Source: Candidatus Thorarchaeota archaeon (GTDB lineage Archaea; Asgardarchaeota; Thorarchaeia; Thorarchaeales; Thorarchaeaceae). From it: a stretch of DNA of 58,672 nucleotides. Below the pieces are notes generated by a model. It searched no databases and had not been told where the DNA came from. It was given only the letters and a program-made list of their open reading frames with translations. The translations under genes and the position numbers were made by a program. The stretch covers positions 1 through 58,672 of the forward strand of contig JBHLRZ010000021.1 of NCBI GenBank assembly GCA_048882045.1. The letters run 5' to 3'. Shown here piece by piece: positions 10,922 to 21,180 of the stretch. Within the stretch, counting starts at the first letter, position 1, and each line of letters opens with the position of its first letter.

Positions 10922-12229
10922 CTATAGTAGCTCGTCTAGAACTTCAAGCAGCTCTACAACTTTCAGCTTCGAGCCCTGATTGGATAGATCCTTACCGGTT
11001 TCTTCCTCTTCTTTCTTGAGAGCCTTGACTGCATCGTTAAAGTTAGTCACACAGAACGGACAAGATGTCATGATCTCATCTGCGCCTGTGGACGCTGCTT
11101 CTTTCAACCGTTCCTTCGCTGCGAACATGGCCATGTCTGGGAACTGTGCTTTCACACCACCACCAGCACCACAGCAGAAGCTGTCGCCCTTGATGCGGTA
11201 CATCTCTCTGAGTTCCAACCCAGGAATACTGTTGAGAACCACACGAGGCAGCTCATAATGAGCCTGCTTTGCCTTCTCAGCATTTCTGCTGTCAAGCAAC
11301 CAGTTCTTGGATTTCGAGAGAATGTCCTTCTCAATTGCAATCCCGACATGTCGAATGCTGTGACAAGGGTCGTGCCAAGTGACCTTCCTGTTGTAAGGTT
11401 TCTCAATCTTGATCTTACCTTCCTCAAGTAGATCGTAGACAAACTCCACAGCATGACGTGTCTTGAACGGAAGTGGTTCGCCACTCATGTCAGGATAGTC
11501 ATTACGAAATGTCTTGTAGCAACCAGCACAGCTGAAGAGAACCAGGTCAAAGTCCTTGAACATCTCTAGGTTCTCCTCCATGACCTTGTTGAAGACATCT
11601 CTCTGGCCAGTCCTCAGAATTGGACTGCCACAACAGACCTCATCAGAAAGAACTGTGTACTCTATACCAAGCTTGTTCAGGATACTCTCGGTGTGTGTAG
11701 CAATCTGTTGCTGTCTATATGCAGCTGTGCAACCCACAAAGTAGGCAATCTTAGCATCCTTGTTGTCCACAAGCCCACTGAACCATTTGGTACGGTCCTC
11801 ACGTGGTTCATTGTAGGGATTCCTCAACGCATCGTCCCCGACCCGCGTTCCGAACCCCTTGTGTTTGTCAAGTGGTTCAACTCCAGCCTCTATCACTGCT
11901 GCTCTGAGTGCCTCAGTTATATGAACCGTTTCGATGTAGTTCGGGCACTGGGTCTCGCACATTCCACATGTTGTACAGGCTTCAGCAACCTCAAGCAGCT
12001 CCTTGGATGCAGGAAGCTCTCCGTTGAGAAAAGCGCGAGCCATCCATTGTTTACCACTATTGAAGTAGCCCTCCCAGCCAAAGTACAAACCAGCAGGGCA
12101 TCCCTGAAGCATCCCGGTGTACTCCTCTGTTTCACCCTCCTTATCGGGCTCTCCGGAGTATGCGTATTGGCATGCTCGGCAGTGGATACAGCGTGCGTTG
12201 ACTCTGCGAAGGTCTTCTAGACTTGTCAT
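10922..12229 (-). CDS. Fe-S/CCG-domain oxidoreductase (HdrD/GlpC/GlcF-like)
   Basis: CIHCRAC, CTTCGMCETQCP, CCG motifs (VCCG, FCCGAGGG), HDPCH, SCPFC. Confidence 0.9.
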   Translation of the reverse strand: MTSLEDLRRVNARCIHCRACQYAYSGEPDKEGETEEYTGMLQGCPAGLYFGWEGYFNSGKQWMARAFLNGELPASKELLEVAEACTTCGMCETQCPNYIETVHITEALRAAVIEAGVEPLDKHKGFGTRVGDDALRNPYNEPREDRTKWFSGLVDNKDAKIAYFVGCTAAYRQQQIATHTESILNKLGIEYTVLSDEVCCGSPILRTGQRDVFNKVMEENLEMFKDFDLVLFSCAGCYKTFRNDYPDMSGEPLPFKTRHAVEFVYDLLEEGKIKIEKPYNRKVTWHDPCHSIRHVGIAIEKDILSKSKNWLLDSRNAEKAKQAHYELPRVVLNSIPGLELREMYRIKGDSFCCGAGGGVKAQFPDMAMFAAKERLKEAASTGADEIMTSCPFCVTNFNDAVKALKKEEEETGKDLSNQGSKLKVVELLEVLDELL

Positions 12230-12300
12230 CTCAATCCATCCTCCTTGTATCGTAAGCGTATTTAGTGGTTATGTTCTGTAACATATTTTCCACCTAGGTT

Positions 12301-13818
12301 TCATTCCTTTGCAGGATTGGGAAGGTCCGTTACGCTTTCCCATGGGATTGCGAGCCGACCTGGGTGCATTATCATATTCGGGTCCAAGACCTTTCGGAAC
12401 CTGACCAGCATCTTGTAGTATTCCTTGGCCTTGCTGAAGGTCTGAGGTGCGTGGACGAAGGGATCAGGTCTGTAGTTGAGCCAGCCCTTCTTCAGAAAGC
12501 TCTTTGTGGTCTCGAGGTTGAACTCCCTGATCTTGTCCAGGATGCCAGGTTCTGTCCAGTCGAAACACAGGATTGGCATGACGATTGCCTGTCGAGCATG
12601 GTCGATTGATGCCACCCACATGGTCTCTGGGAAGCCGTGATCAGACATTGCTGCACAATATTCCTCCATCATCGCTGCTGACTCAAGCCATGGACAGTAC
12701 CAAGTGATGAACAGGAAACCAGCTTGCCATAGTGAGTAGGGGATAGCAATCTTGTTGGGTTTCTTCAGACGGGAAGCAACCTGTTTTGGATGCAGATCCT
12801 GCTTCTTGCAAACTCGCTTCTCTCTGACCTCGTAGTCCTTGTAGATCTTGTCGATGCCATTGAGGGTGAAGTCTAGCTCTTCCTGAGACCAGGCCCAGCA
12901 CTCGTAGTTCATCCACTTCTTGTCCACACCGATCTTGTCGTAAAAGCTATAATCGATTGGCACATTCTCCTTGGGCCAGCGAGTCATGACAAGCTCGTAG
13001 TTTCCACCTTGGACCATGACTGTGCGCTCACCGATGCCCATCTCATGCTTGGATATCTCCCATGCGGGCTTGACGATATCATCCCAAGTTTCTCCACCAT
13101 ATGCGACCACAGTCTTGTAGTGTGGGTGCGGGACCATCTTGATGGCACATTTGGTGATGATGCCCATTGAGCCCTGTGAGCCCAAGAACAGACCATCAGG
13201 ATTGGGACCAACTCCCCAGCGATAGAATGGCTTTGCACCTGGGAGAGCCCAGGAACCGGTGTGAAATATCTCACCAGTTGGGAGTACTATTTCCATGCCC
13301 ATGATCATATCAGCTTGAGGACCGTATACACCTGTGACAAGTGAGAAGCCACGCTCGATGGCATCACCCAACACAGTCGCCGCGGGTGGTGCACCATCTG
13401 GGATTGGTGGTGCCCAATCAGGATATTTTGTTTTGAAAATTCTCCATGCGTCTCCAGACCTGACACCTGGTTCAACAATCATGACCCTGTTCTCAGTGTC
13501 TACTTCCATCTTGTCCATGCGGGTCAGATCAAGATAGATTCCTCCAGGTTCAATTGCTGGTAACGCGAAGCCTCCGCTGAGGCCTCCAGCCGCCGGTGTT
13601 ACCGGGCTCAGGTTGTCGTTCGCCACGACGAGGATTTTGGAAACCTCCTCAGCGCTTGCAGGTCGCACGATGACCTCTGGCACGACAGCTTCAAGCCCCA
13701 TAATTCCGCGAGCCATATAGCTGTGACGAAGTGGTTCACTGGTTGTAACATATTGCTCACCACAGATTGCAGTGAGCTTGTTGACCACGTCGTCGGTGAC
13801 CTTGTTGTACTCTACCAA
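12301..13818 (-). CDS. FAD-binding oxidoreductase (GlcD/VAO-PCMH family)
   Basis: P..AEEVS, EPGV, GSQGSMGIITK, LDPNMIMHPG; upstream of the Fe-S partner. Confidence 0.88.
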   Translation of the reverse strand: MVEYNKVTDDVVNKLTAICGEQYVTTSEPLRHSYMARGIMGLEAVVPEVIVRPASAEEVSKILVVANDNLSPVTPAAGGLSGGFALPAIEPGGIYLDLTRMDKMEVDTENRVMIVEPGVRSGDAWRIFKTKYPDWAPPIPDGAPPAATVLGDAIERGFSLVTGVYGPQADMIMGMEIVLPTGEIFHTGSWALPGAKPFYRWGVGPNPDGLFLGSQGSMGIITKCAIKMVPHPHYKTVVAYGGETWDDIVKPAWEISKHEMGIGERTVMVQGGNYELVMTRWPKENVPIDYSFYDKIGVDKKWMNYECWAWSQEELDFTLNGIDKIYKDYEVREKRVCKKQDLHPKQVASRLKKPNKIAIPYSLWQAGFLFITWYCPWLESAAMMEEYCAAMSDHGFPETMWVASIDHARQAIVMPILCFDWTEPGILDKIREFNLETTKSFLKKGWLNYRPDPFVHAPQTFSKAKEYYKMLVRFRKVLDPNMIMHPGRLAIPWESVTDLPNPAKE

Positions 13819-13986
13819 ATGACTAATCCTCCCATTTCAGCCCGAAAGGCTGATTCGGTATTTGTCGAAAGCAAGGGTTGGCTGGAGAAATCTATCATAA
13901 ATAGGATTCGGATATTCAAATAACTCAAGAAACATAGAGAGGGCTTCACTAGGGATGAGTAGCTAATTCTAGTTTTGGCCCTTCAC

Positions 13987-14940
13987 CTAAGCAACCTTTG
14001 AGGAACAAAGAGAAACGGACTGTTCAGAAGCATCGAATAGAGATCCACTGATGTACTTTGAACCCGAGTCAGCGAGTAGAACGACTATCATTGAGTCAGA
14101 TGCACCATCATCGTGTAGATTCTTTGCTACCTCCAGGGCACCAGTAACTGCTGCACCAGCACTCTGTCCGACAAAGAGCCCCTCATTCAGTGCAAGATTC
14201 CTGGCTGTGCATTCTGCAGAAGTATCATTGATGTATAACCGCTGATCAAGACGAGTTTCATCGAAGATGCCTGGCACATATTGAGTTTTCAGGTCTTTCA
14301 GTCCAGCTATAGGAGATCCTGTTTCAGGCTCTACAGATATTATCCTGATTTTGGGATTGAACTCTTTCAACCCCTTTCCAACTCCCATCAAAGTTCCTGA
14401 GGTCCCAAGACCTGCGACGAAATGAGTCACTTTACCATCTGTGTCTTCAATTATCTCTTGAGCTGTTGTCTGATAGTGGGCGAACCAATTCATTGGATTG
14501 TCAAACTGGTTTGGATAATAATACATCTCTGGTGATTCCTTCAGTCTTTCATTCACATAGTCTTGAGCCCCATCCATACCTAGTTCAGCGGATGTGAGTG
14601 TGACAGTAGCACCATAGGCTTCCATAATTCTGCGTCGTTCAATAGACATTGACTCAGGCATGACCAGCTCACAGCTGTATCCTTTAATGGCACAGATCAG
14701 CGCAAGACCGATTCCAGTGTTCCCACTGGTTGCTTCTATGACTGTTTTGTCCTTTGTTAGGACCCCTTCCTGAATTGCATTTTCGATCATGGACTTGGCA
14801 ATACGGTCCTTTACACTTCCACCAGGGTTTGAACTCTCAATCTTCGCCAATATCGTGACCTCTGAGAATGGGTTCAAATGATTGATTCTCACAAGTGGAG
14901 TGTGCCCTATCATTTGGATTGCGTCTTTGTAGAATTTCAT
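13987..14940 (-). CDS. Cysteine synthase (PLP-dependent, CysK/CysM family)
   Basis: NPGGSVKDR, ATSGNTG, GLGTSGT. Confidence 0.92.
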   Translation of the reverse strand: MKFYKDAIQMIGHTPLVRINHLNPFSEVTILAKIESSNPGGSVKDRIAKSMIENAIQEGVLTKDKTVIEATSGNTGIGLALICAIKGYSCELVMPESMSIERRRIMEAYGATVTLTSAELGMDGAQDYVNERLKESPEMYYYPNQFDNPMNWFAHYQTTAQEIIEDTDGKVTHFVAGLGTSGTLMGVGKGLKEFNPKIRIISVEPETGSPIAGLKDLKTQYVPGIFDETRLDQRLYINDTSAECTARNLALNEGLFVGQSAGAAVTGALEVAKNLHDDGASDSMIVVLLADSGSKYISGSLFDASEQSVSLCSSKVA

Positions 14941-15072
14941 TGTGTTCTCCCCATTATTTTCCTATTTACTAATAGGGTTCTCTGCAATATTTGCCCTGAA
15001 TAACTGCGCAGACATGGTGATTAATTATGAAGACTTACTATCTGAAGTAATGTTGACAGAACCACCTAGAGG

Positions 15073-16065
15073 ATGGTTGCTTTGAAGGTTGGAATCCAGA
15101 TTGAGCCTCAGATGGGGTATACATACGAAGAAATCGTGACTCTAGCAAAGGCTGCTGAAGATGCTGACTTCTACAGTCTCACGGTTTCGGACCACTTCTT
15201 TGGAAATCCGAGGAGTGTAGAGAAGAATGCTTATGATGCATGGACACTTCTGGCCTTGTTGACCCCACAAACGGAACGTATACGCTTGGGAACGTTGGTT
15301 ACTTGCCATTCATATAGAAATCCTGCACACTTGGCTAAGATTGTAGCGACCTTGGATAACGCATCGAATGGGAGAATAGACTTTGGTATTGGAGCAGGCT
15401 GGAAGGAGTCAGAATACAAGGGATACGGGTACCCATTTCCCTCCGCCAAGACAAGAGTTCGCCAGCTTAGAGAGGCTATCCAGATTATCAATCTGCTCTG
15501 GACAAAAGAGCGACCCAGCTTTGAGGGAGAGTATTACAGCATCAAAGAAACCATGTTCCTTCCGAAACCAGTACAAGAGCCGCGTGTTCCCATCTGGGTT
15601 GGAAATATGAAGCTAAAGACTCCGATGATGGAGGAGATAACCGCTCGTTATGCTGATGGCTTGAATTATGACTCCAAAACACCAGAAGATTTCGCAGAGA
15701 AAAAGAAACGCGTGAGAGAAGCTTGTGAGAGAGTCGGACGTGACTATGAGGAACTGAGATGGTCGATGTATCTCTCAACATCTGTAATAGGGGAGGATGC
15801 GGATGACTTTGAAGAGAGGAAGAAGGACCGTTTGAAACAACACTGGTTGTTTGAAGAGATATCTAAGGAGATGAAACCAAAGGTCCTGGAGGCCATGCTC
15901 AAACAGGATATCTCTGGTCCAGTAGATGAAGTCGTTGAGAAACTCTCCAAGTACAGAGATGAAATCGACATTCTAGTTCTAGGTCTTCCTATGGTCGGCA
16001 ACCTTCTGAAGAACGGGCAAGATACCATCAAGATATTGGGAGACCATATCATTCCCAAACTTTGA
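15073..16065 (+). CDS. LLM-class (probably F420-dependent) oxidoreductase
   Basis: SDHF, YRNPAHLAK, GIGAGW, PKPVQ; paralog of 8529-9482. Confidence 0.9.
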   Translation: MVALKVGIQIEPQMGYTYEEIVTLAKAAEDADFYSLTVSDHFFGNPRSVEKNAYDAWTLLALLTPQTERIRLGTLVTCHSYRNPAHLAKIVATLDNASNGRIDFGIGAGWKESEYKGYGYPFPSAKTRVRQLREAIQIINLLWTKERPSFEGEYYSIKETMFLPKPVQEPRVPIWVGNMKLKTPMMEEITARYADGLNYDSKTPEDFAEKKKRVREACERVGRDYEELRWSMYLSTSVIGEDADDFEERKKDRLKQHWLFEEISKEMKPKVLEAMLKQDISGPVDEVVEKLSKYRDEIDILVLGLPMVGNLLKNGQDTIKILGDHIIPKL

Positions 16066-16084
16066 GTAAGGTAGATTAGCTTTC

Positions 16085-17239
16085 ATGTCAAAGTTGAGAT
16101 TGAGATATCATTTGAAAGATCGGACAATAATCATTCTTCTGATTCTAATTGCACCAGCAGCCTTCATACTTAGTTTTGCAATAGGGACTTTTCTTAGATA
16201 CCCCAGGGCTGAACCTTTCTACTTCCTGATGACTTTCATGCTAACGTATTACCTTCTTGTCATGCTAGGGATATTTGTTGAGAATTGGCTTTCCAAAGGT
16301 GGTACTGTTGTGAAATATCTTAAGAAGACCTTTAGTCTGAGAAAATTGGAAATCAAAACAACAGGACTCAGAGAGTTCTTTCACAATGATTTTACGATTC
16401 CTGAAAGGTTGAACATACTTTCATTTCTTGTTGCATTAGTAATCAGTCTTGGTGTGTGGTTTTTCCTAGGGATGATTGAATCGATGTTAAGTCGAAGAGT
16501 ACTTTTTACTGTTGGAGCCTTTCTTGGTTCTGCATTTGGAATGTGGTTGCTAACCGCTGATATCTCCATTCGATACTACAAGGAGGCAAGAAAGCAGAAA
16601 ACTGGCATAACAAAGGAATTGGACTTGGAAAGTTCCCGTATTCATGAGTTTAGTTTCGAGGATGTTCAAAATCTAGACGAACTCCAAAGAATCAGTCTAG
16701 GAAGTAACGAACTGAGGAAAATCGATCTCACTCCTCTTGCAGGGAACACTAACCTGAAGGAGTTGATTCTCTACATGAATCACCTGGAGTCTATTGATCT
16801 CTCTCCGTTAGCGTCCTGCCCTAATCTCGAGTATCTTGACCTAACTTGTAATGACCTTGAAACGATAGACCTTGCACCTCTCTCATCTTGCCTCAAACTT
16901 TCCGGTCTGAATATTGGTGCAAACAAAACATCGGAGCTCGACCTGAGTCCAATATCAGAATGCAAAGAGATGGAAGTTCTAAATATCGATGGTATGAATC
17001 TTAGAGAGATCGATCTCTCACCTCTAAGAGGCTTCACGAAGTTGTGGTTCCTAAAGCTAGATGAAAATGAGTTCACTTCTCTCGACATCACACCCTTGTT
17101 TGAATGCACATCACTGACAAATCTCCAAATTGACAATATTGAACTTACAACGACAATAATTCTACCAATTGAGGATTGGCCCGAAGGTGTGAGAAAACAC
17201 AAGAAAAGATTTCGTAGAGAAGAAAGACAGATTAGCTGA
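16085..17239 (+). CDS. Membrane protein with C-terminal leucine-rich repeats
   Basis: Four TM segments, then ~7 LRRs of type L..L.L..N.L..IDLSPL..C. Confidence 0.88.
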   Translation: MSKLRLRYHLKDRTIIILLILIAPAAFILSFAIGTFLRYPRAEPFYFLMTFMLTYYLLVMLGIFVENWLSKGGTVVKYLKKTFSLRKLEIKTTGLREFFHNDFTIPERLNILSFLVALVISLGVWFFLGMIESMLSRRVLFTVGAFLGSAFGMWLLTADISIRYYKEARKQKTGITKELDLESSRIHEFSFEDVQNLDELQRISLGSNELRKIDLTPLAGNTNLKELILYMNHLESIDLSPLASCPNLEYLDLTCNDLETIDLAPLSSCLKLSGLNIGANKTSELDLSPISECKEMEVLNIDGMNLREIDLSPLRGFTKLWFLKLDENEFTSLDITPLFECTSLTNLQIDNIELTTTIILPIEDWPEGVRKHKKRFRREERQIS

Positions 17240-17260
17240 AGGACCCTCTAGAAAACCTAC

Positions 17261-18130
17261 GTGATGGAATTGAGAGCGGAGGACCTGTACAGAATTCTGG
17301 ATGATGAATTTGAAGTCGGAAAGTTCGAGAAAGAAGAGTGGGGCTTCTCAGACACGGATGAGTATGTCACAAATAGCTTCAAGGAAACAGGTAAGGGCGT
17401 TGTGCTAGACAATACAAAAGAGATTCAGAAGGTCTACACAGCTGTGTTTCCTGACGAACCAGTGCTTGACAACCTTATAGCTACTGATGAGAGGGATATA
17501 TTACTATTTACTCATCATGCAGCAATTTGGGATTCTAACATGGAAGGTTTTCCTTTTCGGGGTATCCCTGACGAATATAAAGAGAAGATGAGGGAACATG
17601 CGATCTCTCTATATTCAATCCATATTCCCCTGGACAAGAACGGTCCTTACAGTACTGCAACATCGTTGACTAGAGCAATAGGGGTCGAACCAGAGAGAGA
17701 GTTTTTCGAATATGAGGGAGTCATGGCAGGCATCATTGGAACAACTGATTGCAAGACAGTGTCCGAGATGGCCAAAGTGGTTCGTGATGCTGTTGGTCAC
17801 AAGGTGAAGACATGGGAATATGGTTCATCCAAAATCCCCAATCAAAAGGTCGCTGTAATAGGAGGGGGAGGTAATTTCCCGGAAATTGCAGAAGAACTCG
17901 CAGCAACAGATGTCAAGATGTATGTCACTGGAGTAACAAAGAAGAACCCTGCTTGGGAACCATCATTCAGGTTCCATGAGATATGTGATGAGCACAAAAT
18001 CAACGTGGTAGCAGGAACACACTACTCAACAGAGAAGTTCGCTTGTATTGCTATGCTGAAGTTTTTTGACTCACATGGAATGTCAAGTGAGTTTGTTGAT
18101 GGCAAACCAAATTTCCACGACTACGAATAA
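17261..18130 (+). CDS. Nif3/YbgI-like dinuclear metal-centre protein
   Basis: THH, HIPLD, GGGG, GTHYSTE. Confidence 0.85.
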   Translation: MMELRAEDLYRILDDEFEVGKFEKEEWGFSDTDEYVTNSFKETGKGVVLDNTKEIQKVYTAVFPDEPVLDNLIATDERDILLFTHHAAIWDSNMEGFPFRGIPDEYKEKMREHAISLYSIHIPLDKNGPYSTATSLTRAIGVEPEREFFEYEGVMAGIIGTTDCKTVSEMAKVVRDAVGHKVKTWEYGSSKIPNQKVAVIGGGGNFPEIAEELAATDVKMYVTGVTKKNPAWEPSFRFHEICDEHKINVVAGTHYSTEKFACIAMLKFFDSHGMSSEFVDGKPNFHDYE

Positions 18131-18227
18131 AGTTGCTCAAACATTTCTCGGCAATATGTGTGAAAGGATAAACAATGCTTGCTTTCATCGAAAATATATT
18201 ACTCAAGGAATTCGAGGAGATAACGGA

Positions 18228-20132
18228 TTGTGGTTTGCTTTGAGGAGATACGAGAGGATAGTCTGGATTATACTAATCATAACATGTATCCTTACATTTC
18301 CCAATGCTACCAATGCAGAACAGAGTACCATTGCACAAGAAGATATTCAGAATGGTCCACACATTGACCAAGTCATATACAAGTACGTTGGAACGAACAT
18401 TGCAGATCAAATCAACGCTTTCTTGAACGATGAGATTGACCTGCTTGTTGGCTCTGTGGAATATCAAGAATTTGGCACTCTTGATTATACTCCGGATATC
18501 GATCTGTACACAGGATTGAGAAATAGATATTGGTGTTTTGACATTAATTGTCGTGACTCACCATTGAAATGGACTGCCCTTCGTCGGGCTTTTGCTTATG
18601 CTTTTGACAAGACAGGAGTGGTGACGGATCTCTATGGTGGGCTCTCGACTCCGCAAGATTCCATTGTCCCCCATACTAGCCGATTCTGTATCGAGGGGGA
18701 CTTGGAATGGCATTACTACACAAGTCGGACAGACATTGGCAATCAGATTTTGAACAATTTCGGATTTGAGATAGATCCAATTACAGGGTATCGGAATGAT
18801 CCAAACGGCAATCCAATGCACATTGTGATTGGATATGCACCATCTTCAGGAGAAATTGGAGGCGGTTTCGCCCAGGCAGGTGTTAATGCTCTCAATGCGC
18901 TGCACATCTCTGCAGAAAAGCACCAAGAAGACTTCAACGCATACATCTCGAACCTATACTGTACCTGTAGTTATGACATCGTAGTATATCAAGCAAGTTT
19001 CGATAGTTCCAATCTGCTAGGAAGTGTGTTCTGGAAAGAGACCACGGAAGTTCTGCGGAACGATTGCTACTTCAGCAATTCCACCTATGACATATACTTC
19101 GCGGATCTACTCTCGAAACCAGGTTTCTACGAAGTCTATGATGCAGCAGCAGAGATACAGAAGATAATCCACTTTAACGTACCAAGGTTGGTCATATGTC
19201 CAACTCCAGTCATACAACCATACAGGACTGACAGATTCATGGGACTAATTGAGGATCTCACCCGAGGTGTTTCAGGAGTCTGGTCTCTCTGCAACATGTA
19301 CAGCATAACAGGGAATCCTGGGGGTTCCGTTCGCATTGGGTTTACCAGTATGCCAGGAAGTTTCAACATCTATACTGCATATCTAAATACCAGACCATTC
19401 TTTGAGAATCTCTGGCCAACGTTGTTCTCAATTGGTCCAGACATGGAGCTCATACCCAATATTGCAACTAGCATGTCTGTTGAAAGACATGCAGACAATC
19501 AAGACATTCCTGAGGGTCATACTCGTCTGACAATAGACATGATTCAGAATGCTACATGGTCAGACGGAATTCCCCTCACTGCTGAGGATGTTGTATTTAC
19601 ACACATGTACGAGCTCGAGAGTGGAGCATTTGGAAATCCAGCAGCGCAAGATCTCCAAGGTATTCTATCCATTTATGCACCTACTCCGTATAGGGTAGTC
19701 ATTGAGTACAGCACTGAGTCTTTCTGGTATCCATACAATGAGGCAGTCAGATATATTATACCAAAGCGCATGTTCAGTCTGGGTGGAATTGGCTATGAGA
19801 GATGGGAGGATTGGAACCCAGTCCGGGATCCTGATGAGCCACATATCACATGTGGTCCCTTCATTATGAACGAGTTCATATCCACTGAAAACACGATGGA
19901 GTTCACAATGAAGAAGAACCCAAACTACCACTACAATGCGTCCGATCTCCCGGATGTCAATACCGCAACACCATCAACAACTGATGCAACTCTACCAAAT
20001 CCAACAGGTCTTCAGCCTTTGATTCTCAATCCATTTCAGTTTGTATCAGTAACCATATCCACTAGTTCGTCTGTTGTGATTCTGGGAGTTCTGATTCAGA
20101 TTTTAAGGCATAAAAGGAGAAGTGTAAGGTAG
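18228..20132 (+). CDS. Family-5 (oligopeptide) ABC solute-binding protein with C-terminal TM anchor
   Basis: LRRAFAYAFDK, WSDGIPLTAEDVVFT, GPF, NPNY. Signal peptide follows AGGAG + TTG at 18228; Thr/Pro linker, TM and basic tail at the end. Confidence 0.85.
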   Translation: MWFALRRYERIVWIILIITCILTFPNATNAEQSTIAQEDIQNGPHIDQVIYKYVGTNIADQINAFLNDEIDLLVGSVEYQEFGTLDYTPDIDLYTGLRNRYWCFDINCRDSPLKWTALRRAFAYAFDKTGVVTDLYGGLSTPQDSIVPHTSRFCIEGDLEWHYYTSRTDIGNQILNNFGFEIDPITGYRNDPNGNPMHIVIGYAPSSGEIGGGFAQAGVNALNALHISAEKHQEDFNAYISNLYCTCSYDIVVYQASFDSSNLLGSVFWKETTEVLRNDCYFSNSTYDIYFADLLSKPGFYEVYDAAAEIQKIIHFNVPRLVICPTPVIQPYRTDRFMGLIEDLTRGVSGVWSLCNMYSITGNPGGSVRIGFTSMPGSFNIYTAYLNTRPFFENLWPTLFSIGPDMELIPNIATSMSVERHADNQDIPEGHTRLTIDMIQNATWSDGIPLTAEDVVFTHMYELESGAFGNPAAQDLQGILSIYAPTPYRVVIEYSTESFWYPYNEAVRYIIPKRMFSLGGIGYERWEDWNPVRDPDEPHITCGPFIMNEFISTENTMEFTMKKNPNYHYNASDLPDVNTATPSTTDATLPNPTGLQPLILNPFQFVSVTISTSSSVVILGVLIQILRHKRRSVR

Positions 20133-20281
20133 AATATAATGCGTTTTGAACTCTTTTGAAGTATGATAAAGCTTCATTTCGGATTTAAAGGATTATGAAC
20201 CCTAATTTACACCATAGTTTGTAAATTTGCTTCATGGTCATTATATATTCACTTTCTACTGTGTTGTAACAGGTGATCTGA

Positions 20282-20563
20282 ATGGAAGCACGCATTGTAG
20301 AAGCCTATAACGGAGAACAGATCGTTCTCAGCACAGTCCCTCCTCTTGTTGAGGATGCAATATTATTGTCCTTTGGACACTCGATTCTAGAGTTTGAAGC
20401 CACCCTCTATGAGAAGTTCATGCATCTGACAAAGGGAGTTGTTGTCACTTGCAAGGAGTTCAAAGAACATCTCAAGAACATGGAAGAGAGAGGTTTGATC
20501 GTTTCAGCTGTGTTTATGGGAAAGCCCTGCTGGGCAAGGAATATGAAACATGGGTTTGAATGA
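20282..20563 (+). CDS. Small hypothetical protein (possible winged helix)
   Basis: AGGTGA RBS; L..MEERGLI pattern. Confidence 0.65.
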   Translation: MEARIVEAYNGEQIVLSTVPPLVEDAILLSFGHSILEFEATLYEKFMHLTKGVVVTCKEFKEHLKNMEERGLIVSAVFMGKPCWARNMKHGFE

Positions 20564-20615
20564 GCATTGTGATTGTTACATTGGTCATCTATGTGAAAAA
20601 GAGGCAGACTCAAAA

Positions 20616-21125
20616 TCACGTATTTGACATGAGTGACTTAGCCATTATTGTGAAGGTATCATCAACACCCTTGTTCAGTTTGACCGATGTTTCCGTGTAG
20701 TCTGCCAGGAACTTCTTTGCGAATTCTTCACCCTCTTCGCTTGACACCCTTCTATCTTTTTCAAGGTCAGTTTTGTTCGCAACGACAAGAGATTTGACTC
20801 CCTTCAATTGAGAATCTACCTCTTTTTTCCATGCCCAGAGTTCTTCGAGACTCTCGGGTTGAGTGACATCAAACATGTAGATGACCCCTCTAGCTCCATG
20901 ATAGTATCCAGCCCGTACATGTCCAAGGAAATCTTGAGACCCCAAGTCCCATATCTGAAGCTTGACCTTGTCCATTCCTATTTCCATACTCTTGATTGAG
21001 AAGTCTGCGCCAAGTGTAGGTGCATAATATTCGCGAAACTTACCAGTGGTATAGCGAATGATGATGGATGTCTTACCTACTGCAGATGATCCGACTGTAC
21101 ATATTTTGAACAGGTAGCTTGCCAT
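20616..21125 (-). CDS. Rab-like small GTPase
   Basis: G1 GSSAVGKTS, G2 YAPTLG, G3 WDLGSQ, G4 NKTD, G5 ETSVK; Rab-like KLQIWD and YYHGA; no CAAX motif. Confidence 0.93.
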   Translation of the reverse strand: MASYLFKICTVGSSAVGKTSIIIRYTTGKFREYYAPTLGADFSIKSMEIGMDKVKLQIWDLGSQDFLGHVRAGYYHGARGVIYMFDVTQPESLEELWAWKKEVDSQLKGVKSLVVANKTDLEKDRRVSSEEGEEFAKKFLADYTETSVKLNKGVDDTFTIMAKSLMSNT

Positions 21126-21180
21126 TCCACACGACCGAGTCCTCGGTGTGTAGGAGAGTATTCAATCTTTCTACAAATGG

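Noticed and set aside
14941-15015. In-frame upstream ORF (MSAQLFRANIAENPISK-TAG) before cysteine synthase, suggesting amber/Pyl readthrough or an attenuator
   Set aside because: The enzyme is complete from 14940, the leader has no Cys codons, and no pyl genes are in the window. The CCTATT-TACT-AATAGG palindrome may simply be an operator.
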